64,000 nucleotides of DNA from a bacterium (GTDB lineage Bacteria > Bacteroidota > Bacteroidia > Bacteroidales > UBA932). The stretch spans positions 14,391 to 78,390 of the forward strand of contig CAVDFQ010000007.1 in the NCBI GenBank assembly GCA_963608065.1, read 5' to 3'. Below, in pieces: positions 1 through 10,600 of the stretch (position 1 is its first letter; each line of letters starts with the position of its first letter). The notes beneath the pieces were generated by a model. It saw nothing but the letters and a program-made list of their open reading frames with translations, was not told where the DNA came from and made no database searches. A program made the translations under genes and the position numbers.

Positions 1-282
1 CTGCGGAAAGAAGCCCGAAAGAGTTTCGTGCAGCGCCGCTGCGGACGCGGGAACGCTTTCTCCCGGCTGTACGATAAGCCCGGCGGCATAGAAATGCACC
101 TGCGTAACCGCCTCGTTTCCGGGGTTCAGAGCTGCCGCGGCCTCGTTTACGATTTCTCTTATGGCATCCGGAGGCATAACCGCGAAGTTCATTCCCGCTG
201 TCTTGACATTGGAGATTTTTCCTGATTCAGATACGGAGCACCAGTCAGTTTTGGTAGCGCCGCTGTCGACGATGATTATCAT
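1..282 (-). CDS. BadF/BadG/BcrA/BcrD-type ATPase / N-acetylglucosamine kinase-like protein, 5' part (runs off window start)
   Basis: Not in the ORF track. Manual translation from ATG at 282 gives MIIIVDSGATKTDWCSV...KTAGMNF...VHFYAAG, the ASKHA phosphate-1 motif DSGxTKTDW of Bacteroidota sugar-kinase-like ATPases. A TATATTTG -7 element lies upstream at 303-310. Confidence 0.8.
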   Translation of the reverse strand, partial: MIIIVDSGATKTDWCSVSESGKISNVKTAGMNFAVMPPDAIREIVNEAAAALNPGNEAVTQVHFYAAGLIVQPGESVPASAAALHETLSGFFPQ

Positions 283-353
283 ATTGTATTAATTTTAGCC
301 CACAAATATATCCAATTTCTCAGAAAGTGCAGAGCTCTGCGCGCAAAAAGATA

Positions 354-935
354 TCACTCCACGTACACCCCGTGCCGCCGCCAGTGCAGATAACCTACGA
401 CTGCCGACAGGGTGTAGAAGGCATAGAGGGCAGTCATTCCATAGAGTCCCTGTCCCGCGCAGAGCAGCGTGGAGCAGAGATCGGCGGCGATCCAGAGCCA
501 CCATTGGCCGATGTGCGAACGCGACAGCCACCACGTGGCTATGGCGCTGAGCACGGCCACGCAAGCGTCCGGAACAGGCATCGGATCTGAGAGCGCGCGC
601 AGCAGAAGCACGAGGGCCGCAGTACCCGCCACGAGCAGGCACGCGCTCAGAAGCAGAACGCGGAGCTTTAGCGGACGCAGGTGCAGAGCGTCTTCCGCCG
701 CCTGTGAGGCGGAGAGTCTCTTTTCGTCCCGCGTCCAGGCGTAGAGGCCCCAGAAGGATATGAGCACGTAATAGACATTCAGCCCCATAGACGCCCAGAG
801 CGCTTCCCGGGCGAAGACTACGACGGCCGCGACACCTGTCAGCACGCCCACAGCCCACATCAGACGGCTCTGACGGATTTCGAGCACGATGTAGACGAGT
901 CCGGTGACGAGAGTGAATATCTCCCAGAAGTCCAT
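354..935 (-). CDS. pnuC: PnuC-family nicotinamide riboside/vitamin transporter
   Basis: 193 aa, highly hydrophobic, with the PnuC-like motifs PVPDA, QWWLWIAAD and the C-terminal GYLHW. Confidence 0.85.
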   Translation of the reverse strand: MDFWEIFTLVTGLVYIVLEIRQSRLMWAVGVLTGVAAVVVFAREALWASMGLNVYYVLISFWGLYAWTRDEKRLSASQAAEDALHLRPLKLRVLLLSACLLVAGTAALVLLLRALSDPMPVPDACVAVLSAIATWWLSRSHIGQWWLWIAADLCSTLLCAGQGLYGMTALYAFYTLSAVVGYLHWRRHGVYVE

Positions 936-2075
936 CTACTTCTCTGTTACGGGGACGGCTATAGGATTCGAGTATATGCCGAGGAAGATGTCCTTCAGCC
1001 TGTCGGGGTCGGCGTCCTGATACTTGTTCAGAGACTCGAGACGCTCGTCGAAGGCCACCAGCTGCTCATCGCTGTACTTGTCCTCGAAGGCTCTGCTGCC
1101 GTAGCGCAGATCGTGCGCGATGTAATGGTTCGGATAGAGCCTGAACGCCGCGCTGATGCGGGCATCGAGCAGATTGGCCACCTTCCTGTGGAACTGCACG
1201 TTAGGCACGCCGTCGAAGGCTCTCAGGTCCGCCTCGGTCACAGGATCGCAGAACTCGATGTGCACGCGGCCCTTCGGCTGCATCAGACCGGTCAGGATGC
1301 TGTTCAGGTCCTCGCCGGGCTTTTTTATGTAGGTGCCGCCGCTGCCGGTGACGTAAAGTTCCAGAGCCTTGAGCACATCGCAGGGTTCCCACTCATAGGA
1401 CACGCTCACAGGCATTATGTTCAGCTCCGAGAGCGATGTGACGCGGTCGCCTGTACCGCTCATTCCGAACATCTTCACTATGCCCTGGTCGGTGCGGTCT
1501 ATCCCGTCCTTGGTGCGTCCGTTGCGCTGGGCTATCCAGACGGACTGACGCTTGTCCAGAAGGGTATAGCGGAGGTACTCCGACAGGAGGAGGGAACTGT
1601 TGTAGAAGTCGCGCGGGGTGACGCCATCCCTCTCGACGCGGAACATCTTGTTGCTCTTTCCGATGTCTATGAGGAGCTGACCCTGCATCAGGTTCGCGCC
1701 GAAGGTGATCTCGGTGGTATCGTGTCCCCTCAGATAGAGCGCATACTGCATCAGGCTGGAATCCAGCACGATGTCGCGATGGTTGCTCACGAAGAGATAG
1801 CGTCTGTCCGGGTCTATCTTCTCCGCTCCGCCGAAAGTGAAACCGGTGGTGCTCCGCTCTATGACCTGTTCGTTGAAGGCCTTCATCACGCCCAGCTGGA
1901 AGTCCGAGATGCTGCGGAAGGACAGCAGCAGAGCCCTGACCTGCTCCACAGGTGTGCCCGGAAAAAGGTACGAGGCCAGCATAGAGAACGACGGATGGGC
2001 GGCGATGCGCGCCATAGCGGCGGGCACTTCAGCGTCGCGGTAAGGACGCATTGACTCGAAACGTGCGGTATCCAT
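936..2075 (-). CDS. Glycerolipid acyltransferase (PlsB/PlsC superfamily)
   Basis: HxxxxD motif SNHRDIVLDS, WIAQRNGRTKDG block and SYEWEPCD, typical of the Bacteroidota acyltransferase family. Confidence 0.85.
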   Translation of the reverse strand: MDTARFESMRPYRDAEVPAAMARIAAHPSFSMLASYLFPGTPVEQVRALLLSFRSISDFQLGVMKAFNEQVIERSTTGFTFGGAEKIDPDRRYLFVSNHRDIVLDSSLMQYALYLRGHDTTEITFGANLMQGQLLIDIGKSNKMFRVERDGVTPRDFYNSSLLLSEYLRYTLLDKRQSVWIAQRNGRTKDGIDRTDQGIVKMFGMSGTGDRVTSLSELNIMPVSVSYEWEPCDVLKALELYVTGSGGTYIKKPGEDLNSILTGLMQPKGRVHIEFCDPVTEADLRAFDGVPNVQFHRKVANLLDARISAAFRLYPNHYIAHDLRYGSRAFEDKYSDEQLVAFDERLESLNKYQDADPDRLKDIFLGIYSNPIAVPVTEK

Positions 2076-2082
2076 ATTTTAT

Positions 2083-3381
2083 TTATTTCTTTCTTTCGTC
2101 TATGAACTTGACAGGCTTGCGGCTCTTCGCCGGGAAGTTTATGGCGGCTATCTCCGCGGCGGAGCAGATTTCGATGGAAGGCGCCACGCGGATGCGGGAG
2201 CGGAAACGGTCCTTCAGTTCCTTCACCACATCGAAGTGCGGGTCGTATTTCAGTCCGGCCTTCACCAGTACATCGTCCGTGCCCGCATCGGAGTTCCGGA
2301 CTATGACTACGTAGTTGTCGATGTATTCGGTATTGTCCAGGACATCGTTTATGGCCGGCGGATAGAGGGTCGTGCCCTTCAGCTTGATCATATTGTTCTT
2401 GCGTCCCAGAAGCGGCGAGAGGCGATAGGACCATCTGCCGCAGGCGCACCGGGCCGTGTGCTTCACACTGATGTCCCCCGTACGGAAACGCAGCAGAGGC
2501 ATAGCTTCCACTCCGAGCGTGGTGACGACCACCTCGCCCGGCTGCCCGTCCGGCACCGGTTTTCCGTCCTCGCCGATGATCTCCACTATTATGAGCTCGG
2601 GATGCACGTGTCCGCCGCAGCCGCATTCGCACTCGCTGAAGGTAGCGCCCATCTCGGTGGAGGAATATGTGGCATAGAGCTGCACCTCAGGCCATTTCTC
2701 GTGGATGCGGCGGCCGAGCAGGTTCAGGCTGAAGTCCTGTTCGCGCAGGCCCTCGCCTATGCCGATGATCTTCTTTATGCTGCTGTGTCTGTAGTCGATT
2801 CCGTGCGCCTCGGCATATTCGATGAGTTTCAGGATGAACGAAGGCACGCACATTATGGCGTCCGGACGGAAACGGCGTACCGTGTCCCACTGAAGCTCCG
2901 GAATACCGTTTCCCACGCGTATCACTCCCGCTCCCATCTTCCTGAGACCCAGAAAGTAAGCGAGTCCCGCCATGAAGCGTTTGTCTATGGTGGTCATCAG
3001 CTGGAGCACGCTGTTCTCGTCGAGTCCCGCGCAGCGGAAGGATTTCGCCTCGTTATAGGCCAGGCGGTCCAGGTCCGCGTCCGTGCAGCCGAAAAGCACC
3101 GGCTCGCCCAGCGTCCCCGAAGTCGTGATATAGTCGATTATCTTGCTTCGCGGCACGCAGCAGAAGTCGTCATTGTAGAGCTGAAGGTCCTTCTTCTCCG
3201 TGAACGGGAGGCGTTCGAGGTCCTCCAGATGCCTTATCCCGCTGATGTCGATGCCGTGCTCGGAGAACATCCGCCTGTAGTAGCGCGAGTTCCCGTTCAG
3301 ATACTCCAGAGCCTTGTGCAGCAGCTCTTCCTGGTACGCCTTGATCTCTTCGGGCGTTTTGAATTCTATATCCATACTCAT
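2083..3381 (-). CDS. Phenylacetate-CoA ligase-like AMP-binding enzyme (probable aryl starter activation)
   Basis: P-loop TTSGTLGEP, plus YSSTE, PLLRFRTGD and IKLKGTTLYP motifs. Confidence 0.85.
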   Translation of the reverse strand: MSMDIEFKTPEEIKAYQEELLHKALEYLNGNSRYYRRMFSEHGIDISGIRHLEDLERLPFTEKKDLQLYNDDFCCVPRSKIIDYITTSGTLGEPVLFGCTDADLDRLAYNEAKSFRCAGLDENSVLQLMTTIDKRFMAGLAYFLGLRKMGAGVIRVGNGIPELQWDTVRRFRPDAIMCVPSFILKLIEYAEAHGIDYRHSSIKKIIGIGEGLREQDFSLNLLGRRIHEKWPEVQLYATYSSTEMGATFSECECGCGGHVHPELIIVEIIGEDGKPVPDGQPGEVVVTTLGVEAMPLLRFRTGDISVKHTARCACGRWSYRLSPLLGRKNNMIKLKGTTLYPPAINDVLDNTEYIDNYVVIVRNSDAGTDDVLVKAGLKYDPHFDVVKELKDRFRSRIRVAPSIEICSAAEIAAINFPAKSRKPVKFIDERKK

Positions 3382-3491
3382 ATTCTCTTCGGCCGGCTTT
3401 CAGCCGTCCAATCTTTTTCTTTCCACTTCTCCCCCCCTCCTCCTCCGAGGGCCCGGGGCAAGCGGCGGTCCCTTCTCTTCTCTATCTACGC

Positions 3492-4418
3492 CTATCTCGC
3501 CGCCGGGAGCTCAGCTCCGGACAGCTCCGGGAACAGCCTCCCGAGCCAGTCCACGAAGAGCCGCATCCAGCCCCGCGTCTGAGCGCTGCCCAGCTCATCG
3601 TTAGACCCGAACCCGTGTCCGCCTGTTTCGAAGCGCCGGTACTCGTGCGGCACTCCCCGGGCTGTGAGTGCAGAATCCAGCAGAGCTGAATTCTGCCAAT
3701 CCACCACCCGGTCATCTTCCGTGTTCAGCAGGAACACCGGCGGACAGTCGTCCCTGACCTTCTTTTCCACTGAGAGCGAGTCCCTCATACTTCCCGAATA
3801 GACTCTACCCTCTCCGAGCAGCCCCCTGCGGGAGCGGCGGTGGACATACGGCTCATCCATCGTGACCACAGGATAGAGCGCCGCGACGAAATCCGGCTTC
3901 AGACTTGTCCGCGACGGTGCCCCTGTCTGCCCCTTCGGGAAATCCGTATCGAAAAAGCACGCGGAGCACATCGCCAGATGTCCTCCCGCCGAGAAGCCCA
4001 TCACACCCAGCTTCTCCGGTGCGGGCTCTCCCGCGGCCCCGCTGCGCACCAGGCTTATGGCCCTCTGCAGGTCGGCTATCATATCCGGATGGCTCTTCCC
4101 CCGGAACACCAGTCCCCTGTGGAAGATGAACGGAGTGATGCCGCCCACCCGGTATGAAAGCACGTAGGCGCTTATCCCCGCAGCATTCAGCTGCCTGGCG
4201 ACCAGCTTGCCCTCGTTGTCGATGTCCAGCCAGTAATAGCTGCCGCCCGGACAGACTATCACCGAGATGGAGGAACCCTCGCAGGGATATGCGGTCAGCA
4301 GAGCCTGAGAGGCGTGGTGTCTTGTCCCCTCTCCCCAGATTCTTATCGTCTGCGCGTTCAGCTGAAACGCGGCCAGCAGGACCGCCACCGGCAAGGCAGC
4401 CCTCAGTATCAAGCCCAT
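3492..4418 (-). CDS. Secreted alpha/beta hydrolase (esterase)
   Basis: Signal peptide, CPGGSY oxyanion segment, GFSAGGH nucleophile elbow, DDRVV and GGHGFG. Confidence 0.85.
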   Translation of the reverse strand: MGLILRAALPVAVLLAAFQLNAQTIRIWGEGTRHHASQALLTAYPCEGSSISVIVCPGGSYYWLDIDNEGKLVARQLNAAGISAYVLSYRVGGITPFIFHRGLVFRGKSHPDMIADLQRAISLVRSGAAGEPAPEKLGVMGFSAGGHLAMCSACFFDTDFPKGQTGAPSRTSLKPDFVAALYPVVTMDEPYVHRRSRRGLLGEGRVYSGSMRDSLSVEKKVRDDCPPVFLLNTEDDRVVDWQNSALLDSALTARGVPHEYRRFETGGHGFGSNDELGSAQTRGWMRLFVDWLGRLFPELSGAELPAAR

Positions 4419-4429
4419 CTCTTCCTCCC

Positions 4430-4792
4430 CTATCTCCCCAGCATTCTGTCCACTTCGTCCCTTGTAAGCTGACGGTATTTGTGTGCGGGATCCGCACCGA
4501 AATCCACCTCGAAGTATTCCTCGTCGTAGAAAGAAAGCTTGGAGTTCGTGCAGGGATTACACTCCACGAAACATATATCTTTCAGCTCAAGCCCCTTGGC
4601 CTGACATATCTGCTCCGCGAGGGAACGGGAGGCATAGGTCACGGAGGTCCCGGGATTGTCCTGATAGAGTTCCGTCACTATGACGTAAGTCTTCCCGTCC
4701 GCGCGGCGGACCTTCAGTCCGCAGCTCGACGGCATATCCCACTGTCCCTTGAAAGGGAATATCTCATCGTAATAGTCAGGAGATACTTTCAT
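4430..4792 (-). CDS. Hypothetical 120-aa protein coupled to the radical SAM gene
   Basis: ATGA overlap with the upstream gene and host-like codon usage. No motif recognised. Confidence 0.75.
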   Translation of the reverse strand: MKVSPDYYDEIFPFKGQWDMPSSCGLKVRRADGKTYVIVTELYQDNPGTSVTYASRSLAEQICQAKGLELKDICFVECNPCTNSKLSFYDEEYFEVDFGADPAHKYRQLTRDEVDRMLGR

Positions 4793-6099
4793 ATTGCGTT
4801 CTGCGTATTGTCTGATTTCTTTATTACTCTCACCACGTCCCTGCCGAAGGAACGGTTAGCCAGCTTCCGGTCACGCGGACGGTAAGTGCCGTCCTCCATC
4901 TCGCGCATAGCCACCTGACAGAAGAGACGGAACATCTTCTGCTCCTGGCTCTCGTCGCTGTAGAAGCTCTTCCAGGCGTAGTCGTAGAGCTCCTGAAGCC
5001 GCTCGGCGCTCATATGCTTAGGGTGGAAAACCACCTGTCCGGCATTGTAATGGTCCCAGTCGAAGTCGAAGATGCGGCCCTGACGCAGGAGGTCATCGTA
5101 GCCCTTCGTATGAGGGAACGGGGTCATCACCGTGAATTCCGCCAGGTCGAGGTCGATCTCCCCGAGGAAGTCTATGAGCCGCTTGATGTCGTCTTCCGTC
5201 TGGTTGTCCAGGCCCAGAAGGATGGTCCCCTCCACGCCTATGCCGTAGTCGTGATAGCGCTTGACCCTTTCCTTGATATAGTCGGATGTGTCATAGACCG
5301 CCTGATACACATACCAGGCTCCGGCCTTCGCGGCGAGGTCGAGCACCTCGGGGTCATCCTCTATGGTATGGCTTATCCATTTCTTTTTCAGAGGGGCTAT
5401 GGCGGTGAAGAGTTCCTTCTCCCACTGCTTGTTCTGCGCCAGGGAGTTGTCCACTATGAAGAGACGGTTGTTGTCGATGCCGGCCATATCCTCCACCACC
5501 TTGTCTATCGGACGCGGTCTGAACACGCGGCCGCCCAGATACGAGACCGCGCAGGGATAGCAGCTGAAGCGGCAGCCCCGGCTCGCGTGGAAGAGATCCA
5601 CCATCTGCACACCCTTGTGATTGTAGAGCTCACGCTTGTAAAGGTCTCTGCGGCAAGGTCCCACGAGTTCTATGTCGGGCTGTCGGCCCATATAGTTATA
5701 GACCTTCTGCAGCCTGCCGTTCACCCAGTCCTGCATCACGGCCTCCATCCTGCCTTCGGATTCTCCCAGGAAGACGCTGTCCATATGCTCGACCATCTCT
5801 TCGGCGTGGAGCATAGTGGAGATGCCTCCGGCCATACAGAGCTTGCCCCTCTTGTGGAACTCCTCGGCGATCTTCCAGCCCCGCTTGACCTGGGTGCTGA
5901 GCATCATCGAGATGGCTACGCCGTCGCATTCCTTCTCGAAGTCTATCGCCTCGACGTTCTCGTCCGTGAAGAACACGTCCACCCACTCAGGCAGTGTGGC
6001 GGCGAAAGCCACAGGGCCGTGAGGCGGAAGATTGAAAGTGGTCTGTCCCTTGAGCTTCTCCCAGCGGGGATAAATCAGATGCAGTTTAAATGGCTTCAT
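4789..6099 (-). CDS. Cobalamin-binding radical SAM protein
   Basis: N-terminal B12-binding-like domain (DENVE, AGG, GESE), CxxxCxxC motif RGCRFSCYPC, and TPFPHT. Confidence 0.9.
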   Translation of the reverse strand: MKPFKLHLIYPRWEKLKGQTTFNLPPHGPVAFAATLPEWVDVFFTDENVEAIDFEKECDGVAISMMLSTQVKRGWKIAEEFHKRGKLCMAGGISTMLHAEEMVEHMDSVFLGESEGRMEAVMQDWVNGRLQKVYNYMGRQPDIELVGPCRRDLYKRELYNHKGVQMVDLFHASRGCRFSCYPCAVSYLGGRVFRPRPIDKVVEDMAGIDNNRLFIVDNSLAQNKQWEKELFTAIAPLKKKWISHTIEDDPEVLDLAAKAGAWYVYQAVYDTSDYIKERVKRYHDYGIGVEGTILLGLDNQTEDDIKRLIDFLGEIDLDLAEFTVMTPFPHTKGYDDLLRQGRIFDFDWDHYNAGQVVFHPKHMSAERLQELYDYAWKSFYSDESQEQKMFRLFCQVAMREMEDGTYRPRDRKLANRSFGRDVVRVIKKSDNTQNAI

Positions 6100-7607
6100 A
6101 TTATATCATTAGCTATTTCATTTCTCAATGCGGTGCTTCCCTCCACGGCCTCGGCAGTCTCTATCGCGGTCATCGGAACTCCCCCTATACCGTGCATATT
6201 CACGTTCTGCCCCGTAAGGAACAGATTCTTGACCTTGGTGCGTACTGAAAGACGTGAGAGCGCAAGATAGTTAAAATCTTTCGCATAACCATAGATGGAA
6301 CCGCGCGGAGTGCCGTACCAGTCGCGAAAAGTCAGGGGCGAAGCCGCAAAACGCTCCGTTACGCAGCCGCCGTCGGCGATCTGCGGCAATGCTGCAGAGG
6401 CCAAAAAGCAGAGTTCCTCCATCCTGTCCCGTTTCCAGGCGGCGTAGCCCGCAGAGCGTCTGAAACGTCCGCAGTCCTCCCAGGCCTCGACCCGGGCGAA
6501 GTCCATAGGACTCAGCAGAGTAAGGTGCGAGGCGCTCCCATCCTCGCCGGGCGTCATAAATATGCTCACGCCGGCAGGCCAGAGCGGAGTCTGAGCCGTC
6601 TTCCATACGGAACTGTAATCCCTGTAGACGAATATCGGATGCGCTATGAAGGGGACCGTGCCGGGAGAGGTACGCAGATAGACCTTGAAGGCGGAATTCG
6701 TCAGCGGGATCTCCTTCAGGCGCGTGACGTAGCCTCGGGGGAAAGTCCCTTCGGGAAGTCTGCGCATAAGTTCCAGCGGATGGATATCCGACACATAGCC
6801 GGAGGCGGAAAAGCTCCTTCCGTCACCTGTACGCACGGACACCACCCTGCGCTCCTCCACCTGTATCTCCGTCACTTCCGCTCCGGTGAGCACTTCTCCG
6901 CCGTGGGAGCGTATGACTTCTGCGAGCCCCTCGGCGAGAGAGTCGCTCCCGTTTACGAAACGGCAGGACTGCTCGATGAAAAGCACGGAGGCCATTATGT
7001 GAAGGTATGCCGGGGTCTTGTCCTCGACTCCGGCGTACATAGGGGCGAGAAAAGCCAGAAGGGACCGCAGACGCTCATCCGCGACTTTCCCGGCGATGAA
7101 GCGCGAAGCGCAAGAAAGGAATTCCTCGGAATGACGCTCCCCGCCATCCTCCTCTGCGCCGCCCGGCTGCATATAGAAAAGGCTCTCCTCCCTCGAAAGG
7201 CTGTAAAGGGCATCCATATAAGATGATATCCCCTCCCTTTCTGCGGGAAAGACAGAAATCAGATAATCCGTCAGGGCCTTCCGGCCGCAAGGCAGCTCAT
7301 AGCGGGAGGAATCGGAAAGGAAATGCACTGTGGCGAGGGCATCATTGGACGCGACCTCCGGGCGCAGTCCGAGATAAGTGCACAGACGGTCGAGGACGGC
7401 TCCGCTGCCGAAGCCCCCTGCCACGTGCATTCCGGTCTCGTATTTCTCGCCGCCCCGCACGAAGCATTGCAGTCCGCCGCCTATGGAGGCGTTCTTTTCG
7501 AGCACCGTAACCTTGTGTCCGCGCACGGCGAGCAGCGCTCCCGTGAAGAGTCCGCCCATACCGCCGCCTATGACGATGCAGTCCCGCTCTGTGTTTCCTT
7601 CGCTCAT
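6096..7607 (-). CDS. NAD(P)/FAD-dependent oxidoreductase (phytoene desaturase/retinol saturase-like)
   Basis: Dinucleotide-binding fold GGGMGG...LEKN..IGG, plus ETGMH, SPLTFRDW and LFLTGQNVNMHG. Confidence 0.9.
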   Translation of the reverse strand: MSEGNTERDCIVIGGGMGGLFTGALLAVRGHKVTVLEKNASIGGGLQCFVRGGEKYETGMHVAGGFGSGAVLDRLCTYLGLRPEVASNDALATVHFLSDSSRYELPCGRKALTDYLISVFPAEREGISSYMDALYSLSREESLFYMQPGGAEEDGGERHSEEFLSCASRFIAGKVADERLRSLLAFLAPMYAGVEDKTPAYLHIMASVLFIEQSCRFVNGSDSLAEGLAEVIRSHGGEVLTGAEVTEIQVEERRVVSVRTGDGRSFSASGYVSDIHPLELMRRLPEGTFPRGYVTRLKEIPLTNSAFKVYLRTSPGTVPFIAHPIFVYRDYSSVWKTAQTPLWPAGVSIFMTPGEDGSASHLTLLSPMDFARVEAWEDCGRFRRSAGYAAWKRDRMEELCFLASAALPQIADGGCVTERFAASPLTFRDWYGTPRGSIYGYAKDFNYLALSRLSVRTKVKNLFLTGQNVNMHGIGGVPMTAIETAEAVEGSTALRNEIANDII

Positions 7608-10600
7608 ACTTCCGTCTGCAGATGAATTACGCTGTAATAACCGCTCCAGGGCGCTTGGGGATCATCCTGAGAGCTTCCCTGAAGGAAATGGAGGTTCGCC
7701 GGGGCATTCGCGCAGGCGACTGCAATCTCGTGCAGCTCGGCATCCCGCTCGTAGGCGAACACCTCCGTGTCCGGATGCGTGAGGGCCATAAGGAAGGCCA
7801 CTTCACCCTGCGAGCTTCCGTCCATCACGACAGCCGTGCAGCCGGACGGCAGAGAGTCCACTGTCTGCCGGAGCTTCCCGAGGTCGGAAAGAGAGCGCTT
7901 GGCCCTGCTTTCCACCTCGCTACCCTTATAGAGATACTGGCTTCTGACGAGCGGAAGCCAATACTGCGCATCCTCCCTTTCGCGGCGGATCTGCGCATAA
8001 TGCTCCCTGTAGAATTTCCGGAAACCGGAGGTCCGCTCGCGGGAAGTGCTTCCGTAACGGGTATCATCGGCACTTACTCTGCGTCCCACCTCCACATAGA
8101 TTTTCCCCGGACGGAGCATGAAATCCGTCTTCGGCAGTACATGCCCGACACCGTGCAGGAATACCGGCAGTATGTCCAGCCCGAGCTCCTGGGCCACGTG
8201 GAACGCTCCGCGATGGAATCTCCCTATGCTGCAGTCCTCAGAGCGGCTTCCTTCGGGGAATATCATTATGGAATAGCCTCTGGAGGCAAGTTCTCGCAGT
8301 TTCGGCAGAGCATCCTCCATCCCGTCGTCGGCCGGAACGAACTCGGCGCGGTGGATGAGGGCAGCGTAGAGAGGGTTGTTCCACACCCATTTGTTTGTCA
8401 CCAGCACCATCTTGGGAGTCAGCATCAGCAGGCACATAATGTCCAGATGTGACTGGTGGTTGCTGATTATGACCGCCGGAGTGGAGAAGTCCTCGCCGCC
8501 ATCGTTGCGCAGCTCGAACTCAGTCCCCGGCACCCTGCGTATCACGAAGCGCGAGAATCCGCAGAGCACCCTATGGAGCCATTTTTCTTTCCATCTGCGT
8601 CTCGGTCCGAGCGCGAAGACGAGCATCGCGAGCGGCGAGACTATCAGGGTCACGAGCAGGAAGAACGAGAACGCGAAAAAGCTCCGAAGCCACCGCAGCA
8701 GCGTCACAGGCATCTGCCGCGGCCGTTTCCCGTGCTTGAGCGTCAGGTAGCGGAAAATCCACTCCGGCAGGAAGCAGGCCATCACCACCACCACGAACAT
8801 TCCGAGGATGGTGATTTCGGCGAGCGAGCGCATAGCCGGGTGCCCCGAGATGATCAGAGTGCCTATGCCGATGAACATCAGTATCGCGGATATCAGCACG
8901 CTCTCGCTTCTGTCCGACAGAGAGCGTTTCCCGGTAGCGTACTCCTTCATCAGCCCCTCCGTTATATATATGGTGTAGTCGTCACCCTGACCGAAGATGA
9001 AAGTCGCGAGCACTATGCTCACTATATTGAACTGGAGGCCGAGCAGATTCATTATGCCCAGAATCCAGACCCAGCCGACCATCAGCGGCAGGAACGAAAG
9101 CAGCGCAAGTTCCAGACTCCCGAAGGAGAGCCAGAGGAAGAAGAATACCGCGAGACTGCACATCGCGAGCACCATATCGAAGTCCTGCGAGAGCGAAGCT
9201 ACGAGCGAGCTGACCACCTTACCCATATCGGCGGAGGAGAAATCCTCCCGGGTGAGCAGCTCGGGCGTTTCGCGCACAGATTCCAGGAACGGGGCGAAAG
9301 CGCTTTGCGAGAAGCCCAGGGACTGTGCGCACTCCTGCAGCTCAGCGATGCTCGAGGCGTGTTCTTTCCAGAAGGCCGGCCATCGGCCGTCCAATACGGC
9401 CCTCTCCTCCTCATCCTCCGGCAGGAGCGAAGCCACCACAGAGGCGGAACCCATCTGCTCCAGACTTCCCGCAAGCAGGTCCAGGTCCGCCTGCTGCTGA
9501 GGGGTCATATAATTTATATGGTGAAGGTCCGTATCGAAAGACTCTCCTCCCTTGCCGCTGACAAGTATCGCTATGGTCACAGCCACTATGGCCCAAGGCG
9601 CGGCACGGCGCACCCTCCCTCTCTGTCCGGGAGGCCTCGCCGCCTTCCGGCGGTTCTTCTCCCCCACCGAGGTCTTCACGGGCCTTGCGAAAAGAGGCAT
9701 AACTATGAGCACGAAAAGAATGGTGCCCACCAGCATAAAGGAGCCGAAGAGGGCAAGATCGTGCATAGCCTTGGCCTTCAAGAAGATAAGACAGAGGAAG
9801 GCGCTGACGGTGGTGATGTTTCCGGTCAGAAGCGGAGATACCATATCCCGGAGCGTGAGGCGGTTGTCCCGCGTATCGCGCAGATAGTGCATAAAATGCA
9901 GGGGGTAGTTTGCCGCTATGCCCACTATTATGGAGCCCAGGCCCAGCACTATTATGGAGATGCTGTCTTTGATAAGTCCTATGAGGCCCAGAGAGAATAC
10001 GCCCGCGAAGACAAGGGACAGGGCTATCCAGAGTATGTATTTGAAGTTGCGGAACGAAAGGCCCAGAACCAGCAGAATACCCACTACAGCCAGTGCCACG
10101 GCCCAGATGCTGTCCACCTTGATGCGGTGTGCATTGGTCGCCGCGATAAGAGGCGACCCCACTGCGGACACGCTGATACCGGGGCAGCGCTGCTCGAGCT
10201 GCTCACCCACCTGCGAGAGCATCTGAGAAAGCTGCTCGTTCTGCATTGACTCGCTCTCGCCGTGCGGGGAGTCGAAGAATATCAGTCCTACGGGCTTTTC
10301 GGAGTGCAGGAGATGACCGTCCACTATGCGGTAGCCGGTATTGCTGCCCGCCTGCGCAAGGCGGCTGAGCACAGGGGTGAAGAGGTGGAGCGGGTCATAA
10401 GGCATAGTGGTCGCGAGGAAGGCCCCCTGCGGCAGTGCCAGAAGGCGTCTGTCCGCTTCCAGCTGCTGCCGCACATAGCCGGGAACTGCGAGCAGCGAGT
10501 CCATCCTCTCGTAGTCCTGCTCACGCAGGAAACTCGGGTAGCGGGTCTGGACCTGCGCTATGAGTTCGAGGGCGGAGGACTCGTCCACGGTCGCGCTCAT

